64,000 nucleotides of DNA from Camelus ferus (GCF_009834535.1 NC_045698.1:15750001-15814000); one strand, 5' to 3'; positions 13,011 through 27,029 are shown, numbered from the stretch's first letter. The notes: generated by a model from the sequence alone, not told the origin. Translations and numbers: made by a program.

Positions 13011-13384
13011 CTATATTTGCATTGTGATATTTACATGTGTTTTAGAAAAATCCCAAATTTCAATAAAGGGATGCACAAAACATACATAATGGAAAATTTG
13101 TTTGCCATATATATTCCCAAGTAAATTAAGAAAAAAAGGTATTTCATTAAACTACAAGCTTTCTGATGGTGGAACTTCTCGGACAAAATAAAACTTCAGT
13201 GCAACTGAGTTGCTGTAACAGGGCAGACACTTGAATTTAAAACAGAGATACACCAGGGAGGAAAGCCCCAGGAAAGCTGAGCCTGTGTCCCACGCAGAGG
13301 AGCACTCTTGCTCCCTCCGCTGGTGGAGGGTGAGAGCTGAAAGCAAAAAAATCCAGTCCAAAGGATTCAGAGAGGGAGAGTAAC

Positions 13385-13445
13385 TTCCCCCCGCCCATCT
13401 TAAGCCGGAAACCCACCATTAAGCAGGAAACCCACCATCCAATTA
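13385..13445 (-). promoter_or_regulatory. Promoter-like module: GC box, duplicated ETS-type site, CCAAT
   Basis: CCCCGCCC at 13389-13396; 19-bp tandem pair ttaagc(c/a)ggaaacccacca at 13400-13437; CCAAT at 13439-13443. Strand inferred from the neighbouring exon. Confidence 0.45.
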
Positions 13446-14054
13446 CAGACAGGCATTCGAGTGTTCTAGTAGAAATGAGACTGCTTACATCAAAGTTAAT
13501 GCACATAAATAGATTGAAATGAATAGTAAACAAGAAATATAACTGCTAATTTCTTCTGCAAGGATCCTGACTCGTTGTTCACCCAGCACTTGCCAATGAA
13601 AAGTCTGGTGGAGTCCATGGTTCTGATGTTCAGTTGCTTTTGCCATGACAGCACTCTGCTCTTGTATTTGTCTAAGCTTCATTCTAAGCGTCTTAAATAG
13701 GGACCTCTTTTTAAAACTTTTTAGAAGCTTAAGACGGCGCTTATTTTCTTGAACCCCGTTCATTAGCAAGGACTGTCACCGACTAAAACAGGGGTACTCT
13801 AAGTTAGGCTAATTTTGTGCCACAGTAGGTAGGTTCTACCTGGAGAGCCCTGACTGCACGACACTGCATGGATGACACTTCCAGAAGAACGAGTCTTGTT
13901 GCTCTCAGAGGATCCAGGGCTCTTTCACTGTAAACATTTTCTATAGAAAACCTATGTTGAATAAACAATTGATTTTATGTGGAAGTACAGCCATGAGTAC
14001 AAAAGCAGAATAATACCACTTTGTAGGGAGTTAGCGAGGGGATCCAGCAGTGAT

Positions 14055-14295
14055 AATTACAGGTATTATATATTCAATGCTTGCTATGTGCCTGAAGCTT
14101 TGCATACACTTCAGCTGCAGTTATTGTCTGTGAAATCCTTAGAATAATCATATTAAGCAAGCATTATTATCTTTTTAAAAATATTTATCAATTAGACTAA
14201 GGCTCTGAGACGTTAATTTACCACTGCCACACAGCCAGTACAGAGCAAATCCAGAATTAAAACTCAGGCCAATTTAACTGTAAAATCTTGATGCT
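14055..14295 (-). mobile_element. MIR SINE
   Basis: tgcttgctatgtgcc...attattatc...actaaggctctgaga...ccacacagccagta...agaattaaaactcagg. Confidence 0.7.
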
Positions 14296-15029
14296 TAGAA
14301 ATCCCAAATTTCAAAACCAACAAAAATACTTGCTTCCAAAAGAAAAGGGAGATTGTCTTGTTTTTATGGTTTGCAAACACACTTTTTGTCCTTAAAAATG
14401 TGTTCTGTGACTGATAAAACATTACATTGTGACAGCTTAGCCACCATAAATAGTTATCTATATTTGAACAGAAAATGGAATTCAACAAAAATAAACTTCA
14501 GCCTAAAAAAAAAACTAAATCTAGAACTTCCTAATGATATAATTTCATTAACTCAAATTGGTCAATTTCAAATTTTTTTCTCTTTTGCAACTCCTTTAGT
14601 CTTCCTCAAAATAGTAACTATTGGGGTTTTTGGGGGGAAGGCTGGTTTGTTTTTTTTTTTTTTAAGAACAGGATAATGACCCTACTCTAGAATATGGCTA
14701 TCTCAAGAATATTTAATAAAAATGTGTTAGGCCAAGATTAAGATGATCTCTAATACATCAATTCACTGAGAGAAGTAATGTAATATTAAAGTTTAAAATA
14801 ACTATGGAGCTGAACATTTCATTTCTAGTTTGTTCAAGCTTTATCTAGAAGTTTCCTAAACCTTCCACGACTCTCACTATTCCACATGGTCTGCTGAAAT
14901 TCTCAGATGCAGTCACAATTTTACAGAGAGGTGTTGTGACCACGCTTTGTCAAGACTTCTCATAAAAATTCTATCTAAAAAGAAGTCATAAGAATGCAAA
15001 TTCAGCTCTTAAACTCTGCCGAAGAATTT

Positions 15030-15215
15030 CCCAGCTAATATCTCATTTGATTCTTATAAGAATCTTGTGATATACATTATGATAAGTATTTTACTCGTAT
15101 CTTTATGATGGGACCTTAGGAATAAAAAGAGCAAGTGACTGTCCCTTTGGTTTTTGATGCTTGGTGGAAAACCAAATGTCTTCCTTTCCAGACAAGGCTA
15201 CTGCTTTCCACCATG
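15030..15215 (-). mobile_element. MIR-family fragment
   Basis: atctcatttgattctta...aagtgactgtccc...tgctttccaccat. Confidence 0.45.
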
Positions 15216-15584
15216 TCTGAGAAATATGTTTGTCAGAGTCATGTTGCAATCAAAACAGAGTTAAATGGATATGTAAATGGAGGCCACTCTTCATTTGTGT
15301 TTGCTCTGAAGAGTCAGCACTATGACTGTGATGTAATGAAGGAAAAATTACTCTGACCTCGTAGGAAGCTTTTGATTTATACATAAAGGAATCTTTCCAC
15401 AGATTTCTCATAGACTCCTCTTGATGTTAACTGTAATTATATTAAGACAAATGTGGAGATGTTGATCTTATGATTCTTACATGAATCTCATCTTGTTTCT
15501 CTTTGAACTTCAGATTCAAATATTACCTCTCCATCTTTTTGTGATGATTTAATTATTGGCAGAGAAGAAATATTAAAATGTTAG

Positions 15585-16075
15585 TTTTTTTTTAATTGAA
15601 GTATAGTTATGTACAATATCATAAAAGTTATGGGTGTACAATAAAGTGATTCACAAATTTCAAAGGTTATACTCCATTAATAGTTATAAAATATTGGCTA
15701 TTTTAAGGAATATTAGAGAATGATGTTCAATATATCCTTGTAGCTTATTTCATACATAATAGTTTGTACCCCTAAGTCCCTACCCCTTTATCATCCCTTC
15801 CTCCCCGCTTCCCCTCCCCATTGGTAACCACTAGTTTATTCTCTATATCTGTGTCAGCTTCTTTTTTGTTATATTCACTAGTTGGTTGCATGTTTTAGAT
15901 TCCACATATAAGTGATATCATACAGTATTTGTCTTTCTCTATTTATTTCACTTAGCATAATACCCTCCAGATCCATCTATGTTGTTGCAAATGGCAAATA
16001 TTCATTATTTTTATGGCAGAGTAGTATTCCATTGTGTATATGTACCACATCTTCTTTATCCATTCATCAGTGTTA
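15585..16075 (-). mobile_element. L1 3' end (cetartiodactyl-type)
   Basis: Poly-T then aattgaagtatagtt...ggtaaccactagttt...ttttagattccacatataagtgatatcatacagtatttgtc...ttctttatccattcatc. Confidence 0.9.
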
Positions 16076-16349
16076 ATTGTTTCAAATATTAGAAAAAAAA
16101 ATGAACTAGCAGGCTAATAACAGTGTAATAACAAATTGGTCTCTCAGCAGCAGCACTGAGCTAGTACTGACACAGGAAAAGTTTTCTGAATGCTAACAGG
16201 TTCTCATACATTACACATATTTCTGCTTTTGTGTAAGTCATGGAGACTTTTAAGGCCGAATTTACCAACATCTAAGGTAAAGTTTTCCCATTTTGGAGCC
16301 CAACGTTACTCATATGTACTCATGAATTTAAGATGCTATGAACTTCTGG

Positions 16350-16505
16350 AAATAAGGAAAGCTAAACTGGATATCAGAAAGCTTGGACTCTGGTCCAAAT
16401 TCTGGCACTAACTAGCTTTATAACTGTGAGCTATTTAAAAAGCTTCCAGTTAATAATTTCATTGGAAAATATGAGGAAATTAAGCTACATTATCTCTAAT
16501 ATTTC
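16350..16505 (+). mobile_element. MIR/MIR3 fragment
   Basis: ctggatatcagaaagcttgg...tctggcactaactagcttt...aaaatatgagg...tatctctaa. Confidence 0.5.
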
Positions 16506-17599
16506 AGTGAGCTAGAAAATTATGTTTTCTATTTGACTAAAAATTTGTGATAGTCTCCCTACTTAATTCAGAAATAATTGGGCAGTGAGGAAGAAAAGGT
16601 TGTGTACAATGTTCGTCCCTTTCCCATCCCATCATGCTTTTAATGGTTAGTTTTATTTTATTCTATAAATGACATTATAGAAAAAAAAAGTTTTGTTTTC
16701 ATAGCTCAAGTATTTTAAGAATCAGCCAGGAGTCATTGATTTGAAATTGCACATGATAGATGAAAACATTTGCTAAGGTCAAGAATATTATTTAATTTTT
16801 TTAAACTATAATGCATTCCTTTGAAAGGACATAGCTGTTCTACTGCATCTGAATGGATCCTTAGTCTCCTTCTTTATTGTCCTGGTCAGTTAAAAATGAA
16901 AGGTCATTTAGTTAAAATGATTGAGAATTAACTTAAGTTAGGGAGAATAATTTTAAAATAGATATATAATATTAACATTTTATATTTTTAAAGCCACATA
17001 TCCACTCTAAGAAGCAGTTATTTTAAATTAAAAAAAAGCACAGTGCATAATTCAAAGAAAATAAATGGCTTTTAGGACACAAAATTACTAGGTATTTTAT
17101 CCCTTTGCTGTTAGCTCCGATTTATTGTTTTATATCTTTTAGATATGATTACTAAATGCCAACCAAATTAAATAAATAATATAGAAAACTTTACGAATAT
17201 TAAATTCACTTAAAGCTATTGAATATTAGTGATGACTAGAATTAGGCATAAAAAATCCAAACCACACACATTTTTAGCCATGATTAAAAAATAAATTACT
17301 AAATAATTATACATAAAATACTATCTAATGAACATTATTGCTTAATAGAAAAAAAGAAGGGCTTTTTATTTCTTTATTGAGTAGATATAGTTACCCTTTT
17401 TGGGGAGTCAGAAAGGGGGAAAGCTAGAATAAATGCAAAGCTAGTGGGATGTAGGAAGATCGAGAAGCACTGATGTGATGAACAGTACTGAATCAATTTG
17501 CTGTTCACCTAAAATTCCTAGAATTAAAAAAAATCTTAACTTAGATGACATATACATTTGAAACTATGTAACTGCTTATTTAATTGTTTAAAGTCCTTT

Positions 17600-18320
17600 C
17601 CACCACCATACACACCATATACCTATTAGCAGAGTTAAGATTAAAAAGAGAAACACCCTAACAATACCAAGTATCGGCAAAGTTGCAGAACGCCTGTAAC
17701 TCTCACGTACTGCTCACGGAAATATAAAATGGTGCAACCACTTTGAAACACAATTTGGTAATTTCTTACAACGTTAAACATATGCCTATGGTATGATGCA
17801 ACTCCAAGGATTTTAGCCCAAGGAAGAGAAAGCCTATGTCCATTCAAAGACTTGTACACCATGATTGACTTTATTCATAAAAGCAAAACACTGGAGACAA
17901 TCCAAATGTCTATCAATGGGTGAATGGATAAACTATGGTACACTTATACAACAAACTCATCAGTGAGAAAGAACAGACTATAGTACACTCAAGACTGAAC
18001 CCCAAGGTCGGTCATTATGCTGACTACAAAAAAGTCGGAAACAAACAAGTGACTAATATATAACCCCATTTATGTAGAATTCAAAAATATGTAAATAAAA
18101 CCATAGTAACAGATGGCAGAAAAGTAGTGATGAAGTATGGGGGTGAAATAAAGGATGGCGAAGGGGTACAAGAAGCCTTCAGGGATGATAAAAATGTTCA
18201 GTATCTTGGCTATGGTGGTGGTTTCATAGATGTATACATTTGTCAAAAACTCATCTGATTAATACTTTAAATATGTGCAACTTAATTTACATGTTATACC
18301 TAAATACATTTATAAAAATA
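17600..18320 (+). mobile_element. Ancient L1M (L1MC/ME-like) 3' end
   Basis: acaataccaagtatcggcaa...aaaatggtgcaaccactttgaaa...caaatgtctatcaatgggtgaatggataaa...aaatgttcagtatcttg...tgtatacatttgtcaaaaactcatc. Confidence 0.8.
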
Positions 18321-19224
18321 CATAAACATTACCATAACTAAAAGGTCATTGCCACATTATACCTCTAATAATGTCACAGTCTGCATATCTTTCATCTTAT
18401 TTCCTATTTTCTAAAGGAACCGTATTGAAGATGGGATAAAAATCACCTACATTATATTTCTAATGGTTTCTTAAATTGTAGAGAGCATCTCCCATTTAAT
18501 CAAAGTTTAAGCCAACTTTAAACTTAATGTCCTAATACCTATCCAGATAATAGTTCAGTAAAATTTTATACAGGGAGATAAAGTGCCATTCCATTTGAGA
18601 CAATGACTGCTGCGAACGGCTTAATTACTTCTTGATACGCATATATCAGCGTCCGTCTGTTTCTAAGTTCTCTTTAACGTGTATTGAAACCTCACCCTCG
18701 CATAACATCAGCAGTGATGCCACAGCAGGTGACTCCACGTTACAGAAAAGTAATTGGGCTTTCTCAGCCCCTAACTGCATTTGACAGGCCTTAAGACGGA
18801 AATACTTCCTGTAGCATCATAAAGTTGATAATGTTACAAGCTGGCTCTAAAAGGATCTCCCTGTTACAGCTACTTAGTTATTTACTAAATTGGAGTTTTT
18901 CTTTAGGTTTCATAGTGACTCCATTAACTTCTGAATGCCGGGTTTCATTCTGCCCTCAGTTACACTGACTGTAATGTCCAGTTTCCTCTCCTGTCAACTG
19001 GCTTTTTTCCACTCTAGGCAAAAGTCAATCATCGACTTCTACAACATAAAGAATAGGTGATTTCCATCTGCCTTGCTTGCCCTGTTTTGCTCATTAAAAT
19101 AATTTAACTCTCCACATTCATACAGAGTTTTAACATATCCTAGACTGCTGGGGGACAGTCTGAAATAACACTTTTACGACTTTATGTTCATCACATGTAT
19201 AGACTAAAGTGTTTGCAGTAATGA

Positions 19225-19490
19225 TGCTGTGGTAAAAATTGTGGAAAAATAGCAGGCACTTTGGTGGCTCACTTCCTGGGATTCAGACAACACAGCAACA
19301 TAACAATAGCAAATGGCAATGCTGAATCCATGGGCTAGTTGCTTCAGTCTCCTCCAATTAGAAAGAAGAATAAAATAATAAAATTAGTTCGTGTGAATGT
19401 AGAAATAAGATTAAATGAGTTAGTAGATATGCAGCACAAAGAAGGTAACTGTTACAAAATGAGGCTCAATAAAAATTGGCCACTATGATT
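19225..19490 (+). mobile_element. MIR SINE (decayed)
   Basis: catgggctagttgcttcagtctc...aagattaaatgagttagta...gctcaataaa. Confidence 0.6.
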
Positions 19491-19778
19491 AGTTAAGCAT
19501 ACAATCTATGCACTAGGTAAATCCCAAATGCAATTTTGTTTTTAATTGCAAAGATTATGTCTAATTGGACATAGGCTAAATATACGTCACGTTGTTGTTT
19601 ATATTGTGAATTCTGAAAACGATTTTCCCATTAAACATGTAAAATGAAATTATTCCATCCCACGTTTAGCAAGAATGTTACAAAGCATACTAATGAAAAG
19701 CATAATAATGAATTGCTGATGAACATAAAAACTACAACTATATCTCAGGGGAGCAAATTTGATGTTTGGACTAAACAG

Positions 19779-19794
19779 TGTGTGTGTGTGTGTG
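19779..19794. repeat. (TG)8 microsatellite
   Basis: Read directly from the sequence. Confidence 0.9.
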
Positions 19795-20674
19795 CATATG
19801 TACAGAGATTGAAAAAATCTCTACAGATATTTATTGTGAAAATATTGTGCATACATCATTGTTTATAATAGTGAAAAACTGTAAACACTGATGTATAGTA
19901 TTATTGATTAGATACAGACATGAAAATGTGATAATGAAGATTTTTAATAAAAAAGGAAATTATAATACAATCTAAGTCTATTTCTATATAGATTTTTAAA
20001 GGAAGTTGATGAATCTTGAGGAAGTAAACTTGTTTCCTGGATTGACATTAGAAATTAGGTAGCTTAACTCACCATTTCTTGTTTGTAAGAACTGTACGCT
20101 AGTGAAAGTGGAGGAAAAGAATAATCTTTAAGTTGTTTTATTTCTCTTTTTCTCTTGCAAGTCTTTTCTGCTTTTTATATATGTCTATAAAACAAAGGGA
20201 AGGGGAAGCTACAATTTAGATACTTTTATAAAATTCAGCTTTAAATATTTTAAATTAAAGAGATAGTTACATGATTTCTTTTAGACTGGATGTTGATTCT
20301 CCCACAAATGAATTTGAAATGACATTGTCAGTTGCATCAACTAGAAAAAAAAAAATCAGTACCAACTCCTTATGGTTGATGAGTGGTGTTAGCTGTTCTC
20401 ACATTTTCACTACATTTCCTTCCATCAAGAATGGATGAAAATCAAGAAAACTGATTCCAACCCCACAGAGAGACAGATCAGCTACTGTGTTAAAAGTGTG
20501 GCTTCTAGGGAGAAGCCTTAGCCAGAAAAAATATAAATATTCTGATATTGGGCAAAATCCCTTTTGTGTAATCTGCTTTTCACCGTTGAAGGAGCTCTGA
20601 AAGGTCTTTGTATTAGAGAGGTGAAATCTGAGACTCATGTTGGGCATTGGAATGAAAACAGACAAAAACCCTAT

Positions 20675-20980
20675 TTTCTTTAGTTTGAAATTTTTTCCAA
20701 CTTTCTACAAAAATCTCAGATAAATATAAATAGTAAAGGAAACAGTTTTGATAGGCACCATGTTCCCATCACCCAGCTGCATCATTTAGCAATTTGTAGC
20801 CAATCTGTTTCCTCTATATCCTCTTACTCTGTTCTCTCAATTTCTCTTGGATACTTTTGAAGCAAATCCCATACAGCTGTATTATTCCATCTGTAAGTAT
20901 TTCAGTGTGCTGGGTAAAAGGTGTGCGCTGTGTAAGGACTCCTTTATTTGTCACAATATAGGCATAATATTGTTATCACA
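20675..20980 (-). mobile_element. Ancient L1 3' fragment (L1MC4/5-like)
   Basis: cccatcacccagct...ttttgaagcaaatccca...catctgtaagtatttcagtgtg...aaggactc...ttatcaca. Confidence 0.65.
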
Positions 20981-23900
20981 GAGTGTTTTCTTCTGCTTTG
21001 GCTCTAAGTGACTAATGCTAACATGCCTACCTTGACAATCTAGCTCAACTAGATTTCAGCATTTAGACTGCATACCTTCCCTCTAGTAGCACAGGCTGTC
21101 GGTATTATTTTATGGCAGTCCTCACAAAGAGATTAGCTGGCCAGTAATACCTTAAACTTGATTCCAGAAGTTACTACCCCTGTCTCCCAACATGTCCTAT
21201 TGATAGTGGTTAAGAACAGCATCTGAAGACATATTAGTTATTATAGAGCTTAATAATCACCATGCCACCCATTTGGTCAAAGAAAATCTTAATAGTCCCC
21301 ATTGCTTATTGAATAAAGTGCAAATTCTTCCTTATAATTAAAAATTCTCCTTGATCTGTGTATCAAGTGATTTCCCACCATTTCAAAGATGAAAGCTGGT
21401 CTCTTTATTTTAACTGTTATCAGAATGTAATTTCCCAGTCTCTAGGTTTTTATTCCAGGGGCTCGTCTGATTTCTTCCCAGGCTCCAACATACGTATTTA
21501 CACAAAAGGACCTCCACTATTTGATAGCTTTCTCAATATTTAATGCAAGTCTAGGTGCAAAATAGACACTCAGTAAGTATTTGTTGAACACACAGTATAA
21601 TGCCCAATTGAACAGAATATTGGTTTTCTGTAACTGGCAGATGTTTACCTGCTCCATCATTTTACTATTCTGTTTAAAAGCAGCACAGACAAAATCTTTG
21701 GAGAATTCGATTTCCAGATGCTTCTGCCCTGCTTGGAAATATGAAAAGCTATCACAATTCATCACACCAGAACTACTTCATTCAGGGCAGTTCTCTCAAA
21801 GGGGCTACAAAGCAAGGACCATTTACCTTTATCACATAGTGTTATTTTTCTCATCTAAAGATCAAGAATTAGGTTCTTCATTTCCAACAGAGAAAACACT
21901 AGTTATTTTAAGGTGTCTTTTTAGGTAAGTCATAGTTTATAATGACAAGCCAACTTTACAATGTAATTGAATGTTTTTAAGTCTCATTGAATATGTACTC
22001 TTCTCCACTTTAAAATGAGTTATTTTTCATTTTATAAGACTATCATTTTAAGGTTTTTTTTTTCTAATTTTAAACTCAGTGCTATGGATACGAAAATGTG
22101 AGAATCATATATTATTAATAAATATTTCTTGACAAAATTAATAGTTCACAATTTACATCTTCATTTCTAGTCAAAGCATACAATTTATTATATTAATGAC
22201 AGGGGACACACATACTTGCAGTTAGTTGCAAAATGATGGATTGTGGTAAAACTAACTTGATATACTCTGCTTCTACTAGCTTTAATTAAGGAAAAATTTC
22301 ACCTAATTATAAATTTCACTCTAAAGCAAGGTAATTTAGCAACAATTTAAATACATAAAAATTCTAATAACAACCAGAGTAACCCTTTTATAAATAACTT
22401 GAAGTGATTTTAATTATTCTGGAATCATTATGATGCAAATACTTATATATAATAGGAAAACTGGTATCCTTGTTCTAGTGAACTCTGATCACTTTCAAAG
22501 TGAGCAACTTGATGGAAAACTCAGGTTTTTCTGAACTGAGTTTTGATATATCCTTGAATGGGCATCATCATAAGCTAATGATCTCTATTGAGACAACCCT
22601 CCTAGAGTCATCTACTAAATTCAGTCTGCTTTGGAAGAACTAGGGAAATAGACAAGCCGGCTCAAGGTTGATGTGTTAACAGTCTGATGTTTTAGGGGTA
22701 AATACTGAATGCTTAGCAGGTCTGAAATTGGTAGTAAGCATAAGTGACTTAGGGATACAGATGAGCCCTGAAGCCCTCCGAAGTTGGGGACATCCCTTGA
22801 GTTGCCCTAAGATGAGGGCTGACATACTCTTTTGAGCTTACAAAAGGCACTGAGGAAAACCAGTCTAAGACAAATGTTTGTGTTTGATTTAGTACAGTGG
22901 GGTTGACTTTGTGAGGGATTTTTGCTGATACGGTCCTCAGATGAAGCAACCCTAGGGGCACTTCTCTACTGTTGAGTCTTGTTATCTGACAGCATGGAAA
23001 CACTTACTAGAAAGATGCCATTCTTCAGTTTTACATTAGGCCTCCAGATTATTGCTGTCATGCAAGCGAGAGAGATTTATGGCATTGACACAGGAAAAGG
23101 AGGAGTCTTACAATAGAAAATCTGCCCTAATCTATTCATAGTTTAGTGTTGGGACTTGACTCACCCAAGCACTGTATGCAATGGTTTCTCAGTATTCTAT
23201 GACTATGGTGAAGAAGAGGTTGAGTAAGGAAGAAGACAGATGCTCAAGTCAGTATAGGAGGGAGCTATGAGAAACTGATGCATTTATGAGAGCTGGCCCG
23301 AGAGGCAATATCCTGGTGATAAAAACTCCGTGTGCAAATTGCAGAGCAAGATCAGGGTCAGGTTTTCCCCGACAATGGAACCACAAAGAGACTCAAGTTC
23401 TCAGAAAGAACTTGACCTGAGGATATAAGCTCTGGGGGGAAAAAAAATGTTTTACTCAAATATAAATTCTTAAATATGAAAGCAAAAAAAAGTCAATATG
23501 CTGTTTCATATAACAATTAAAACTAGTCATTTTGTCTTCCCAGTTTTCCAGGCCTATATATATATATCCTCTAGAAATAAATGGTGAAGAAAGTGACAGC
23601 AATTATTGTTAATACAACTGAAATGACATTTAGAAAGACCTAAAAAAGGATTATAGCCTTGCAATAAACTTTCTTTTTTTTTTTAACATTTTTTATGCAG
23701 TAAGCTTTTAATATTTTTTTATCTTTAAACTTTCAAGACAAAACCACTGTAGTTTGGAGAAAAGTTTATTGACTAAACATTTTTATAGATAAATGAATGA
23801 CCTTTTCTTTCTCCTTTTATTTGTGCACTTAGAAATTACCCAGGGAAGAGAAAGTGTCAATCTGTCATTCCATAGTATGATATATGAATTCAGGTAATCT

Positions 23901-24479
23901 TAGGGAAGGCTTGGCTTTTATGTCTACATGAAAAACAACAGATTTGCTGAGAGAACCAAGCTAACCACAAAAGTTTGCTAAAAATATGGGTTGCCTTTCT
24001 ATATTGTAGCACATTCAAGGTCTTTCTCCTGAATATGGGCAGATACTGACTTGAGTAGAAACAATATGTAAGAATGTGACACTTCATGTTTGACCTGAAA
24101 CCATTTTACTACCTTGACACCAATGAGCAGCTCTAGAACTTGAAGGATGAATTGACTTTGAACATACTGCAATATCAAAATGACATTCTAAAATATGTAA
24201 AGAGAAAGTGACTTGAGCTATTGATGTCTACCTACTTTGTACATTAGAATAAAATAGGTAAGTGGATGATCATTTTGAAATCATCATGATGGTTGAGTCA
24301 TGCACAAGGCCACCCAGCCCTTGCTCATGACAATTCTGGATAGGTGTCTCTAACAGTCATATATGCATTTGAGGAAATTAATGTAAAAAAGCAAGTGCTC
24401 ATTTTAAAAGAGTGTGGTGTAATGACACCTTGGAAAGAAAGCAGATGTCTTTGTTTCTTTAGAGACAAACACAAGAACC

Positions 24480-24843
24480 AGTGATGATGTTTTTTTATGT
24501 CAATTTGACTAAGCTATAGTACCCAGCTCTGTAATCAAACAGCAATCTAGGTGTTGCTATGAAAGTATTTACAGATATGATAATTTGGGTGGGCTTGATT
24601 CAGTCAATTGAAAGTCTTTAAGAGCATAGCTGAGACTTGGGTTGCAGGGGGAGGGTATTCAACCTGTGGACAGCAGCTTGAGCCTGTGCCCTGAAGCTCC
24701 AGGCTGCTCTCTGATAGCCTATCCTGCAAATACCAAACTCGCCTAACCAACTCCTACATTTTCATTAGCCAGTTCTTGGCAATATAATTCTTTGTATTTA
24801 TGCCCACTGGTTCTTTTTCTCTGGTGTAAACCTGACTGATACA
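24480..24843 (+). mobile_element. ERVL solo LTR (MLT2-like)
   Basis: atgtcaatttgactaagctatagtacccag...aatctaggtgttgctatgaaagtattt...cctgtggacagcagctt...ctggttctttttctctgg...cctgactgataca. Confidence 0.85.
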
Positions 24844-25243
24844 CATAGACACTCTGTTGATTAAAGATTAAGAAACTTTCTGCAAAATTCCCCAGGGGAA
24901 AGTCTTTTATAATGTTAACATCAAATACATAGTGGTTGGCTCACAATAACAACAACACAAACAGCAGCTTCAACAAAAACTAAATACCTAGGGATCAAGC
25001 GTAGAACATGAAACAGAAAATGGAATAATGAGTTCAGACACAGATTATTAAATAGCTTCATTTTGGAAGAGAGAAGCTTGGTGATCCCTTTAGCTACTTT
25101 TCCACAATCTTCCTTTTTTCTTCTTTTTTCTTTTTTAGCATTTCTTTCTACATTCAGATGTTTGCATTTACTAAGTACTGCAGCATCAAATGCAAGTGTA
25201 AAGGTATCTCCACAAAGGATGTTCTCTGGTTTCTACCGCTACC

Positions 25244-25809
25244 TGTGTTGGTGGGTAGAATTCCAAGATTATCCCAATGACCCTCATTCTTTGTAATAGT
25301 AAAATACGTTTTGTAATGTAATTAAGGTTACAGCTGATGGTAAAAAGATTACCCAGTGAGCCTAATCTCATTTAAGGCACCACTGAAAATCACAGCATTT
25401 TGGCTGACAAGGGGCAGAAGAGGAAGCCAAAGGTTTGAAAAAACAGGGAGCTAGCTGTTGCTGGCTTGAGGATGGAGGCCCCGCGGGAAGGGCCTGAGAC
25501 CAGCCTCTGCTATTTGAGAGATACTCTCAGCTGACAGCCAACGAGAAAATGGGACCTCAATCCTACAACCTTGAGAATTTAACTCTGCCATCAACCTGAA
25601 TGAGTTTGTAGTCTGCCTCTTCTTAGATCCCCCAGTTAAGAGGCCACCTCTTAACTGAAACCTTTACCTCTCCCTTGTGATACCCTAATCAAAGAGCCCA
25701 GTTGAGCCTGCCCAGACTTTGAGATACAGAAATGTGTGATAATAAATGGGCGTTTGTTTATGCCACAAAATTTGTAGCAGTTTGTTACACAGAATAAGGA
25801 AACTGACAC
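25244..25809 (+). mobile_element. MaLR solo LTR (MLT1E-like)
   Basis: gttgctggcttgaggatggagg...cagctgacagccaacgagaaaatgggacctcaatcctacaacc...aacctgaatgag...aataaatggg...gtttgttacacag. Confidence 0.85.
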
Positions 25810-27029
25810 TGCCCATTGCAAGATATTTGAGTCTCTCTAGTAGTGAGAACACATTTTAATTCTTGTTGTATCACAAGTGCTCCTTTCATTGCTGAGCTCA
25901 TAATGTGTGTCTAATACATAGCAGTTAATTATATGAATGAAGGGGCTGCCACAGGGGACCTTAAAACCTGATCTTTAAAGATTTTCCTTAGACTGGCCTT
26001 TTCCCCATTCTTTGATAAGTGTTGGCTCAATATAACATCTAATATTAAGAATAAGGAGTAAGACAGGGTATTTCCAGTTTTTAGGGTAATGTTCATAGAT
26101 GATGTCTCGGGCCATGTGTATTCATATCCCATTTTAATTTTTGTTGTGTGACATATTGTATAATTTAACATATCCAAGTTAATCAGGATGAGGGAAATTG
26201 GGATAATATAGAAAGGCCTCCCAGTTGCCTTCATGAATTATAAAGGAAATAGATGGATCTAGAGTGGAGTTGTGCAGAAGTCTGGACCTTCCCTAACTTG
26301 TGCTAATACCAATGTGATGTGTTCTACTATAAGGAGCAGGTAAACCATATATACATATAACCTGGGGGTAGGAGGGAAGAGAGGATACTCAGAGATCCAG
26401 AGGTTAAAGAATAAGTGAATTAGTTTATGTAGGTGAGTAAGGTCCCACATAGATTTCCTTTTAAAATGAGAAACATGCTAGTTGTGACTTAATTTTGGAC
26501 AGTTCAGAAACACTTTGACCAAGAAAAGTTTTGATTTTGTATTTCTTGAGGTGGATTAATTGGCCAATTACTCAGAGTGAGAACTTTGAAGAGTAGTGAC
26601 ACTTAAAACCTTAACTACTATAATTTAGATCCTCTAAGAACAATCCTTTGTGCGAGAAAACATTGGGGATCTCAGTACAACAGACGTTTTATACAATTAT
26701 TTATAACATATTCTCTTTCATTGTTCAAAACCCTGGGAAACTTCAAAGCTATCAAAACAAAACCTGTGGAAAGGTTATGTTTCTCTAGCTCCCTGGTTGC
26801 CTCCGTTCACTTCCCAACTTTAACACTTAAGGGGCCTATAACTATCCCATTAGGCTGCTTATAAAATGAGAACTCCATCCTCATTTGGCAATAGAGTAAG
26901 TCCTTTGCAATGACATGTCACCCTTGATTATTTTTTTTGTAGGTAGTGTGACCCCTTCTGGATTGTCTTAGAACAGGATGGAATTCAAGTTCCTAATATT
27001 TTCACCTCTGTCACTCTTTTTGCAGATAG

